From Guillardia theta CCMP2712 (Eukaryota > Protista > Cryptophyta): a stretch of 64,000 nt of DNA. The position numbers and the translations under genes are program-made. Under the pieces are notes generated by a model. The model was not told the origin of the DNA and did no database searches. It saw only the letters and a program-made list of their open reading frames with translations. Below are positions 12,870 to 23,754 of this stretch, in pieces (positions within the stretch are counted from its first letter, which is position 1; the number at the start of each line of letters is the position of its first letter). The stretch covers positions 62,001 through 126,000 of the forward strand of contig NW_005434595.1 of assembly GCF_000315625.1 (NCBI RefSeq), given 5' to 3'.

Positions 12870-14265
12870 ACTGAGAGGTTGAAGACGTGTACCATACTTG
12901 GCGATTTTGTCGCTGCAGCACATAACATGTCCGAGACCGCTCTAACATCAGGGTAAGATTGCTGCATCATTAGGTGGGAAAGGAGAAGAATGGAGAGGGG
13001 GGGGGAGGTTGGTCGGAAGGTCAATGCTAGCATCAGGACAAACATCACCACCTTGGCACTTGCAGTTCCAGGAGCAAGCATACCCTCCCTGCTGCAAGTC
13101 ACTTTCGACTCTCCTTCATGACCTGCAACCGAGTTGAGAGTCGGAGGACAAGAGTCAAACTTCCACCTCCTTCATCTGCTTTTCTTTGTGCGCCAGGGTC
13201 TTTCTTGACCAAGACTGCCACTTGCCCTTCCTCCCTGAACACCATTCAGCTCCTTGTTGGAACCACTTACCCACACCTTGCTTGGATCAGTATTCTTGGG
13301 TGCTCGTTGTTTTCCCATCTTCAATATAACACACTTCAATTTGGCAGAAGACATCTCAGGACTTTCATACAGTTCTCCTTCAAATCTCAAACTTGAGTTC
13401 GGCTTTGCCCATCTTTTCAGCGTCGCATTCCCGCATGGCTGCGACAGGCTCGAAGGCAACTGTACATCGAAGCATCCATACCTGAGAGCTTGTGTAGAGA
13501 TGCAAAGTCAGACTTGCACGGAGAACGAAACGAGACGAGACGTTCTGTCGACATTCAGTAATCAACGAACATGGAAGCAAGAAGTTGTTCATCCACATGA
13601 AACTCGAAGATGCTACCCGACCCATCTGGATCTGCTATGAGAGTCACCAACTTCACCCTTACACCATGATTGCACCTTGCTCACATTTTTGTATCTCCCG
13701 ATACAAGTAACGCTGCCTTGAAACCACAAGAGCGTCATCTCCCCCCTTCAATAATCTTGATCTACAGCGCACGGCGAGCGAGGACTTCGGCATGGCTGTC
13801 CCGGACGACTCGCCCTTCCTGAAAGTGCTGCCTGTCAAGGAGCATAACAGAACACTTGACATTCTAACAGCATCTTCGAGCACATATTCACGAGCGGCAA
13901 TCTGAACAACCTCGTGTAAGCGTTGTGTTCACTACAGCAGGGGAGAAACTTACCTTGGTTCCGGTGCCCAACGAGACCACAAGGAGAGAGTCGTCCTTGG
14001 AGTCATGCAGCAAGAACGCTGCTAGCACCTGCAATCCCACAGTCATGTCGATGCGGCTCCATTACCATCTGCGCCGTCACCGTCTGCATTGAACTTTCCC
14101 ATCGTGTCTTGTTGGTCACTCTCAGGTATTCTTGAATGGAAGCTCTTGCGACCTGCCACCTGTCTCAGCATGCCGGTACAACTTGCGATGTTTTTCTACC
14201 CTGTCGGCAAAGGAGCATGTCGAGGTTCTGCTCTTCTCGGCATTGCGAACTGCGGTCGACATCAT
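12870..14265 (-). CDS. Hypothetical multi-exon protein
   Basis: Chain of overlapping minus-strand ORFs (14122-14406, 13659-13883, 13380-13625, 13172-13459, 12659-13102) with coding-like composition; no family recognised. Confidence 0.35.
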
Positions 14266-15181
14266 GGCTGCATGAGGACTGAAGCTTTCTCTCGCTCCCA
14301 GGAGGCTGATCGCACTGTTGAGTAAAAGTTGAGTAACAAACTTGACTTCCTCACCAGCAGTGCGGCCACGGTCACCGGGCCCGGGGTGGAACCGCCGCTC
14401 AGCCAAGGGCGGGCCCGGCCCGGCCCGGGGCCTGGGGCCCGGCCGGGGAAGGCCCTGAGGTGCCCGGGACTGAGAGGAGAAGAGGTACTAGTTTAAAAAG
14501 GGATTTTAAAATAATTTAAGTGATTTGTATTTTGCCAAGCCTTTGTATTAGGACTCAGATAGGGTGGATTATTGAAACCGTGAACTTCGGAATCAAATAG
14601 CAGGAATTGCCACCACTGAGTGAACACGCCGGCCATGATCCGGGCGGCTCACTGTCGGCTATGATCCGGGCCTTCATGGCATCCTTGCCACAGTGCCGAT
14701 TGGACTAGAGTCAGGGCCCCCAAACTTTCAATTCACCGCGGCTCCCGGTGCTATGATCGGATTATGCTACTTACTCTCCGAATGGTCTCGGCTCGGTCCA
14801 AGTGGACAATTCTCCTCCGCGCCGCCCCGGCCTGGCCCGCGGCGATCCGATCGGCCCGGCCCGGCACTGACTCTGTGAGGCGCGGCCGGCCGGGCGCCGC
14901 GGTGACTGGGGGCCGTCCATCTGGGATCTGGTAGCAAACTTTAGTTAATTCTCTTAGCTGGGAATGGAGGGGCAGGAAGGAAAGGGAGGAAGGGAAGGGA
15001 GGAAAGGGAGGAAAGGGAGGGAAGGGAGGAGCGGAAGGGAGGAGGGAGGTGGAAGGAGGGAAGAGAAGGAGGGAGGAGGGTCGAGACAGTTCAGGACAAC
15101 ATTGGAGTAAGGGAGGTGAGGATGTTGGTGAAAATTGATGCTTGACTCAATATTTAGCAAGTGGCGTGGAGATAGAATCCC

Positions 15182-16040
15182 ATGACGTACGTCAAGAACT
15201 GCTGGCTAAATCCGGTGAAACCCGAGCTTGTCTGTGCTGAACATGTTAATCGCCATGCTGCTGATGACAGGAGTCGGCCTTCATCAATCGTTTAAGATCG
15301 ATTTCAATCAACGATGAAGAAAAACAACACGAAGAAACCGAAGAAGTAAATATTGAAGAAGAAGAAGGCAAAGAAGAAGAAGAAGAAGGCAAAGAAGAAG
15401 AAGAAGAAGGCAAAGAAGAAGAAGAAGAAGAAGAAGAAGAAGAAGATTTCAAAAGCCCTCGAAGGGCTGCCAGGAAGCTTTGGTCCATCTTCTTCCATCA
15501 TTTCAAGAAAACGAAGTTTCGCTCACGTGCATAATCGACTTTCCTTACGGAGACTTTGGAGACAAGTCCTTCAATCTGAACCTCCGTAAAGAGGAAAGGC
15601 TGCTCGAGCGAATGATGTTGTTCAAGGTGAATGACAACAATCTCGAGCGGTACAGTCTGCACATCCACACTGTGGAGAAGTGGAAGAGCAGACCGAAGAA
15701 AAGTCCTGTGGAGTTCCGAGTACGGGGTATCACGGCGCTAAACATACGAAAGTGCAAGAGGAGGAGCCAAGATGAATTGTTTGATGAGGAAGAGCGTGGA
15801 GAACCTGTTCTTCCTGAGAACCCTGAGATCCGCAAGAAATGGCAACAGCACTTGAACAGCAAGGAGGACATTGAATGGCTCTGGCAGGCAAAACCTGCGC
15901 CTGGTGTTCTTCCGAAATTCGACAAATCAGGAGACAAGTATAAAGATGTGCTCAAGGTTTTGAGTTTTGCGATCAAACAGAGAGAAGCTTCTCAGTATCA
16001 CGAAGAATGTGAAAAGTGAGTTGTGCATGAGAGGGAAATG

Positions 16041-16119
<79 letters not shown>

Positions 16120-17109
16120 GGTGTGCTGATACTGTGAATGATATTGCGAATGATGAAGATAGGGAATGATGTTGGAAGTGAGGAAGGTCAAGTTGCTGTT
16201 ATGGGAGGCATTCTGACACGAGCTCACAGGAAGGCAGAGACTCAAAGACGCATGCGAGGCTCCCCACAGGAAGCGACAGTCGATGATGATGATGATGATG
16301 ATGGTGAACTGTTAGTTCTCGAGATCCCGCAGGCCGTGGCGCTCTGCATGGGGATAGAGGAGTACAGAAGTCTTCCTACTCTCCCTGGTATACAGGAGGA
16401 GACACTCAGGTTGCTGGGAGCTTTGAGACAGGTCCCTCGTTGTCTTGCTATCGGATGGTACCAGCAGGCCGACAACCGCGTCAACGTGGAGACGTTCATC
16501 GAGGCGAACTTCAGTGCGATGAAGAGCCTGCCTCCTACCTTCGCTCTCCTTCACTTCTCCGGCCATGTCGTCGTACATCGCAGCACAGGAGAACTCTGGC
16601 TGGCAGCGCCCTCCTTCTCAGCAAACGATGTCGAAAGCGACAAGGAAAGGCTAGATCACGGCATTTCCTTGTCCCAGCTCACCTCGTGGTGGAAGACCTC
16701 CTTTCCCTCGGACAGCCCTCAAGTCCTCCTCATCGTCGACGGATGTCGCTCAGATGTCAGCAGCAGGCCGCTGTCAAGCATTGTGCACAAAATGCCTGCC
16801 AAGTGGACTCTGTGCTGCTTCCGAAGCACTGGGAGTGAGGGGAGGAGAAGCGATTCTGCCATGTGCCGGAGGCTGGTAGACAGGATCAATAGAATCGTTG
16901 CCGACAGACAGAACCTGCAAGACCTCGTCCCTTGGATGTGCGAGGAAAATCTGCCCGAGGGGATCGAGGCTCGGTTACTGAGAGAACTGCCGCAAGTAGT
17001 GGACCTTACAGGAGACGATGATGACGTGGGTCCGGCGGAGCCCAGGGGTGTGCAAAGAGGAGGAGGGAGCAGCGGGGAGCCAGCAGTGAAGAGGTTCAGG
17101 GGAAACTAG
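15182..17109 (+). CDS. Caspase-like (peptidase C14, p20-type) domain protein with an acidic N-terminal region
   Basis: ORF 16138-17109: AVALCMGIEEYRSLPTLPG, FALLHFSGH (catalytic His), VLLIVDGCRS (catalytic Cys). Linkage to upstream exons 15182-16015 across a (GAT)n intron is inferred. Confidence 0.72.
16041..16116. repeat. (GAT)n microsatellite
   Basis: Direct read; about 25 units inside a probable intron. Confidence 0.97.
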
Positions 17110-17299
17110 AGGGGCTGACGAGGAAGGTAAGGCTTGTTCAGATGCGAGGGAGACAGGAAGATCGGGTGGTGCTGAAACTCTGTATCACATGTCCCTTGTC
17201 CTTGTACAAGGAGAGCACGCAACTTGCAGATGATGTTTGCATGTCGTGATGATGATATGCAACGACACCTTACTTCTTCACTCCTGATGCGCATGTTTT

Positions 17300-18450
17300 A
17301 TGAGAGTAATAGACACTGTACTCGTTTCTTCCTTCGTGGGGCCTGGCGAGCAAGAACCAAGTCATTCTGGGCGCCAGCTTGAGCGACGCCAAGTAGGCAC
17401 TTGGCACTCAGCCTCGGCATAGAAAGAGACGGATGATGATGATGATGATGAAGGACTGCTGCGTCTCCATTGGAACAACATGGCCAGTGATCGCCATAGT
17501 GTTCACATGTCCGAGACTTCACTCTCCACAAACATCAGCCGCATGGCTGTGAATGGGTTTTGCTACCTCCATGCGTGCCTCAAGAAACGATGTTCTTCGG
17601 CGTGTGACCTCTCGTCTCTTCGGATCTCCCCGACTACAGGATAGAAATCCCTGCTACTTCTACCTGGGTTTCCTCCTCTCCTCTCTTCCATCCGTAATCC
17701 TCTAGCGCCCCGCTGTCTTCGATGAGTTTGATCTTAAACCTTGCAAGCTCCTCAACCGGAATCAGGTAAACAACCTACACATTCCATCTTCCACGTTTCG
17801 GGTTGTTAAGCGCTTTCAGAGCCTCAGTGATGGTCGACCAAGAGAAGCGGAAGGTGATGTCCTTCACGCCCGGATTTCAAAGGCCATAGCTGAGAGCCAA
17901 CTGCCTCAAAGTCGATTCTGCAGTGTGCCCCGCAAGCGTACTTGCAACATACTTGATCACTGGCAACCAGCTTCTCTTACTTCCAAACTCGACGTATCCT
18001 ATCAACCGGTTGATAGCTTGCGACGAGGAGGGACAAGCTGACCGTATGCAAGTCGATGTGTATTGATTTTCCACATGGCCGAAGCCTTCAACTTCGGGTG
18101 AGCACCATTAGGTATCCCATGATCATCATGTAGGTGTGACATGCTAAAGTCCAAGAAGTCATGCCAGCTCTCATGGTATACTTCACGAGTCGATAGTCCT
18201 ATTCAACCTGGCCGATAAGTGACCCGATATTGTCGGCAACCGCGGCCGGCCCCAGGCATTCTCTTTCATTCATCCTCCTCTTGAAGCGGGGTGAGATCGC
18301 AGTGCTCAGGGCAGAGACATCAGGTAGATGTAGATGGTCAAGTGCTTCACATCGCTGCTCCTTTTGCGACAAATAACCCAAGAATGCTACTAATGCAATG
18401 GCAAAACAAGGTCGTCCAAGGTTTCATTCAGAGCTGCATGATATCGTGGG
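17300..18450 (-). CDS. Hypothetical protein with N-terminal hydrophobic segment
   Basis: Minus-strand exons such as CFAIALVAFLGYLSQKE... and ...ITFRFSWSTITEALKALNNPKRGRWN...; family unknown. Confidence 0.35.
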
Positions 18451-18556
18451 TAAGACCTGAAGAAAGCTATGATCGCATGAATGCGGTATGCCTAGTTCCT
18501 CTGCGTACTGAGACTGACCCCGACCCCACCCCCGCGGCGGCCCGGGCCGATCCTCC

Positions 18557-18664
18557 GAACTGATCTGTTGACAACTTTCGAACTGATCAGTTGACAACTT
18601 TCAAATGATGATCAGTTGACAACTTTCACGGATCAGTTGACAACGTTGACAACTTAAACGGATC
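18557..18664. repeat. Short tandem array of GATC(A/T)GTTGACAAC(TTTC) units
   Basis: Four ~20-25 bp units plus one extra GTTGACAAC; the core AGTTGACAACT is an odd-length palindrome. Confidence 0.9.
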
Positions 18665-18814
18665 GGATTGCAGTTTACATATCAACACAAAAAGTTACTC
18701 AAGCCTGGCTAAGCAACTGAACTGCCAATCGGCGGACTTCACTATTAGTACACTGAAGTTGACGGTCAGTCGCACACTGTACATCGACCTGAGTCAAGCC
18801 AAGCAAGCAAGTCT

Positions 18815-20940
18815 TTAGAGTCTCAGGGCCATGGCAGACACTGACATGGATATCACAGCAAGCAGCAGAGAGGTCGAGGCCGCCATGGGAGGGCTCGTGG
18901 CGGCAGAGGAGGGGTCGGAAGACCAGAGGTTCGACTGAATGATGGAACCAGCTTGCACGGAGAAGGACAGGTCCTGGTTGGCGTCCACTCTGGCATCTGC
19001 GGGGAGGTTTGCAGACATCTGAGTCAGTGTCATGCCTCCGTTCCTCCGAGTTTCAATGGTGTTGAGAAACGCGAGCAATCGGATTTCCTGAGCGAACAAG
19101 GCTGTGAGTTGCATGCTGATGGCCCTGTAAGAGCTTGACATCGAGCTTACCTCGTCCTCATTCACGGCATCTGCCTGGATCTCAATCTCAGTTCCTCCGC
19201 CAGGAAGGCCCTTAGAGAAGGTTTTGTTCAACTGCCGCCTGAGTCACTTGCAACACATGGACTCGTCTGCAAGCTCTTGTACCAGATAAGGCATGAGCGC
19301 GAAGAGGTTGCCCAAGTCTCCAATGAGCTGCAGCGATGACAAGCTGTTAGCAGGGCGGCAAATGCTCTGTTGCCACTTACGTATTCATCTGCTGTCACGC
19401 TGTTTTCTGCTGCGATGTACCAAGTGATCTTGAGGTTTCCTATCGTGATCATGAAGGTGATTTTCTTTCCTCCTCCGCCTGACGTGCACGTTCAGAGTCT
19501 CGGACAGATGAGAAGCACGCACATGGAGCTGGGAGAGTCAAGGAGCAAGACTTTGCCATGGCGTGTACCCATGCGCTGGTTGGTTGATCGACTTCCAGCA
19601 ACGACCCGACGCAGCATCCGATATCTTGTGCCGCATGTATCTTGGCCTGCAACATGCTTGTTTTAGATGTACACAGTGTTGTGATATGTAAAACATCACC
19701 AGGCAGGCAGGGCTTGCACGACATTTGTTCGAGCCTTGAGAGCCATGATCTCCATGCTCCTTTCGGTCCTGACCAGGCTTGCAAGAGTCTTGACTATCAT
19801 CTCCTGATAGAAATGGCTGCAGCTTGTCCATGCAATATTCAGATCCATCTGTGTTGCAAAATGAGTTCGTTTCAAAGATTTGACCGTCGGGTCAGCAGAA
19901 CAATCGTGCCCGATCTCACCTTTCACGCACATGGCCGCAAGAACACGTTGCATCCTTGACAATGATCTGTCTCGACTCATCATCAAAGACGGAAAGAATG
20001 ACATGATCTGCAATCAATGACTCAGGGCAGAAGTGAAAATGATTCAGTCGTACCTTGGCTCCACATTCAGAACACAAAAATTGACTTGATAGCGCATCTT
20101 CGGAATTGAGAAAGTCCAACAGGCGAGCAAGGCAGTAGTGACCATGACTGTCTTGCATGCATAGGAACGCGGTGGACATTCCATCCACAGTGGGTCCAAC
20201 AAACGCGTCCATGTAATATCTCACGCACTGTGACGAGCAGAGGCCCTGGAGGTGCACACAAAGTGAATCAAATGAATCAAAAGAATGGTTGAAAGAGCTC
20301 AAAGATTACAACAGCTTCACACCTCAATGTTGAGCGGTGCTTCTGTCAAAGATATCACTTCGCTCACGCAGTATTCACCCCCCAACTTCAGGCAAAACAG
20401 TGGAACAATCGATCCGATGGTAGAGTTCAACTTTTTCTCTACCACAGTTACTTGATCTGATGTGCAATTCGGAAGGTATGGAGCAAGAGATGTGTTCAAG
20501 AGACGAGGAAGACAACCAGTGCTCGGGTTGCAAAGATGATCCATCACCGATTGGTTCACAAGATTTGCGGTGTTGTTCAAGATTGACAGGCAGGGCTCGG
20601 CCATGTTATGGATCCTGTCACCATCTTCTTTGGTGACGCAAGAGAAGTTCACGTCGATCTCAACCGACGCGTGCATCTCAGCCGATGCTTGTGTACTCCG
20701 AAGTTGGGTGGTGTGCTGCTTGCTGTCGTGCAGAGCCTTCGTACGGACTGTGTTTGTAATGGTATGAACCTTTGCTCTCATGGTGTGGATCACATGATCG
20801 ACCAACGAAGCTGCTGTTGCAGGCTGTGTATTCGACGCGGCTGGTAGCGCACGATTGATTCTGAGCAACTTGGCAGCAGAAGCATCGAGGAGGAGGACGA
20901 GGAGGAGAGCGATTACGCCGCTGCGCCCATGCATGGTCAT
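18815..20940 (-). CDS. Secreted/surface Cys-rich protein with C-terminal hydrophobic (GPI-like) tail
   Basis: Signal MTMHGRSGVIALLLVLLLDASA, several Cys-rich exons, and end SSDPSSAATSPPMAASTSLLLAVISMSVSAMALRL*. Confidence 0.6.
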
Positions 20941-21417
20941 GGGAGGACTCAGTGACTGCGAGGCGACTGGGATACCTTTCGGTTCTTTTGTGTAAACCGG
21001 GGGGTGTACTGCTACCGGTAGTTTTCCCTTGGGCTTACAGCTGATGACGAGGGTGGGGGTAGGAGGGGGTACAACTATCTAGTACCAGCAGTACAAGTTA
21101 ACCTCTGAAAAAGAGTCACAGCTCGGAGCTCCCTGGTACCGGAGCTCTCCCGGTACTTCCCGGCTACAGCTCACTCCCTTCCACCCACTAAATGCCAAAT
21201 GCAGTCACTGCCGGCAGTGGCACCGCGGTCGGGCAGGGCGGCGGTGGCTACAGCCTCAGCCTACGGCTACCGTACTACTCAGCGGCTGCCGGCCGGGCGG
21301 CGCCGGGCGTACCGTACGGCGATACCGGGATCGGACGGTACGCCGGGGGGAAACGCGGCGCATTTTGGCGCGTGTGCCCCCGGCCCGGTGGGTCCGACGG
21401 TCAGTGATCCTTACAGC

Positions 21418-21730
21418 TGGCAGCGGCTCCCGGAACGAGGCCTCCCTGTCCTACGCTGCCATCATCGCGGGTGCATCCCGGTTTGCGTCTCATTCCTTCG
21501 GCGGCGTGTCCTGCGCGCCGTTAAGTGAAGGTATCAGTTAAGTTTGGGGGACAGCAGTCGGCAGGATTAGGTTTGGTTCTCCGAGGCTCGCCGAGTCGCT
21601 GTCTTTTCTCTTCTCGCCGTTTGGCCTGTGCGACAGTGTCAGGGTCCGATCAAGCCTTCTCGACTCCTCTCCTGCCATTGTCCTCGTACTGATTTTTCAC
21701 TTCACTTTGAGTAAAGGAACGGGAGGCTCA
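21418..21730 (+). ncRNA. Candidate structured non-coding RNA of unknown class
   Basis: At least nine hand-found nested helices with many G-U pairs on the + strand (detailed in findings); intergenic; no convincing ORF. Confidence 0.55.
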
Positions 21731-22509
21731 CTTACACCGTGACTCAGTGACGGCCCCCGCCCGGCGCGTACCCGGAGTGACCGTACAGTCACTCACTGGC
21801 AGGCTTCGGACCGGACCGTCGATGATGGTCATTTCAGAGCCTCTGTACCGGGTGGCGCCCCCACAGCAGACTCGATCATCGAAGCCGCGGCCCGGCCCTG
21901 ATCCCTGCCGAGGCTCGGCCAGCCCGGCCAGCCGAGTCCGGGAGCGGACTCGGGAGGCCGGCCGCAATGCCCACCGCCCGGAGGTCACCAGTGACTGGGC
22001 CGGGCCCGGGCCGGGCGGCCGCCGCGCAGCTCAGTGCTGTGCTGCCCGTATGCTAATGTGACCTCATCCCCTCCAAGTCAGACCGCGTGCAAATGGCGGT
22101 GAACGTCGAAGTGGTAAGCATGAATGCAGAAGGAAGGAGAGAAGGAAGAGAACAGAAGACAGAGGAAAGATGAACACGATGAGAAGGAAAACAAGAGGGA
22201 GGGAGGGAGGGAGGGAGGGAGGAGGAGGAGGATAAGGGAAAAGTGTAGAGTATGGAGACGAGGAGACTGAGTTGACCAAGGGAAGAGGAAAATAATATGA
22301 CCAGGAAGAGGAGAAGAAATACGAAAAACATTAACAAATGGGAAAGAAAACCAGTATATGAGGGAAAGGCTGGAATATTCAGAGAGTCAAGGAACAACTT
22401 GGAACACCAATAGGTCAATCAAATCTGTTAGAGAGACCGGCTTGCAAAGTGAATATCCATCTAAGAGGTACATATCGTCCTTGCGTGAAATTTATTCTGT
22501 CATGTGCAG

Positions 22510-23690
22510 GATGCTTATCTTTTTCCCATGCTGCATGCTTTGAAGTATTCACAGTATGCTGTTAACGGGGTAAGCAACTTCGCGGCTTGATGCCTCTGAC
22601 ATTTCTCGATTCCTCATTCTCGCTTCCTTCTATCTCTATGCCCCATGCTCCATCACTTCTACATCCACCCAGCTCTTAGACCTCCTTTGCTTCCTATCCT
22701 ATTAGAATCGCATTCACGATTGTAGTTCTTATGTACAAGCAGGTGTTGTTGGGAACGTCCAAGCAAGAATCAGTGGAGATCGTGCAGGTTTGCAAACTAG
22801 TCTTCTTGCGCAACTTTGATGGCAACCAGGCGATTCCACTGATGCATCGGGATCTCTGCCTCTCTCCCATGCTCGATGCAGCGTTTGCGTTGATAGACGA
22901 GCATTGCAAAGCGAAATCATTGCAGGTTGTATGAGAATGTGATCGGAGAGAAAGTCACTTGACATCTTTCCTTCTCCTCAAGATCGTCGGGTACTATCAT
23001 GCTAATGCTCAGCACAACTCCAACGGCATTTCACCAACTGCCAGAAGAATAGCCGATAAGATCAATGAAACTGTTGTTCCCGTCAGAGCTGCTGCGGCTT
23101 TCGATTGACAGCAGATCACACAGATGAAGGAAAGGGATGCAAAAGCTCGAACGTGCCTGATGGTAAAGTTCACCTTCTGGTGTATGAGGAGGTGTGATGA
23201 GATATTGCAGATGATTGACAACAACGAATTCGAGAAACTCGCCGCGTATCTGGTGGGCGGGACCAGGTTGATGTCTTTTAATCAGATTTTGATACCAATT
23301 CACACATATTGCCTCCAGTGCTGAGATGAAGAAAACGTTCGGGCTGACCATCTACACAAAAGTTGTTCGACTTTGGCCATGATGACGAATGGCAGATTGA
23401 AATTCTTGTCCTTCAGGCAGACAACGGAGATTGGAAATCAGCGAGCGATGTCAACATCAAGGGATTCGGCGACGAGAGCACGCCAGTGATGTTCTTTGTC
23501 GAGCATGTTGCTGTCTGCTGAGGCTCTACAGGCGAGACTGTTGGAACTTGTGCGCGCAGGGAAGCAGAACTCAGTCGTCGACTTTGAGAATCATGTGGAC
23601 CATCATGAGAAGTAAGACTTGCGGACAGTTGTCGCTCTGTTTTATAACGCGCTGAACAGGCGATGGTTGGACGCGCAGATTCCTGCATGA
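22510..23690 (+). CDS. EMC8/9: ER membrane protein complex subunit 8/9 (UPF0172, MPN-like)
   Basis: Spliced motifs DAYLFPMLHALKYSQYAVNG|VLLG, AIPLMHRDLCLSPMLDAAFALIDEHC, IVGYYHAN, VVDFENHVD...WLD. Start exon not resolved. Confidence 0.85.
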
Positions 23691-23754
23691 CTCCTTGCAC
23701 GTCAACGATGATATCTACTCTTTTTTCTTTTGCAAAAACCAATCTTCTGTTTTG

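Noticed and set aside
15304-15589. Poly-Lys / poly-Phe / poly-Ser ORFs
   Set aside because: Alternative frames of a GAA repeat, most plausibly read as the poly-Glu tract of the caspase-like gene.
18557-18664. CRISPR-like repeat array
   Set aside because: Units are nearly contiguous with no unique spacers, no cas genes are present, and the context is eukaryotic.
21600-21640. SRP helix-8-like CAGGCCAAACGG on the minus strand
   Set aside because: No AGCAG or GNRA match, and the minus strand would turn the G-U pairs into A-C mismatches.
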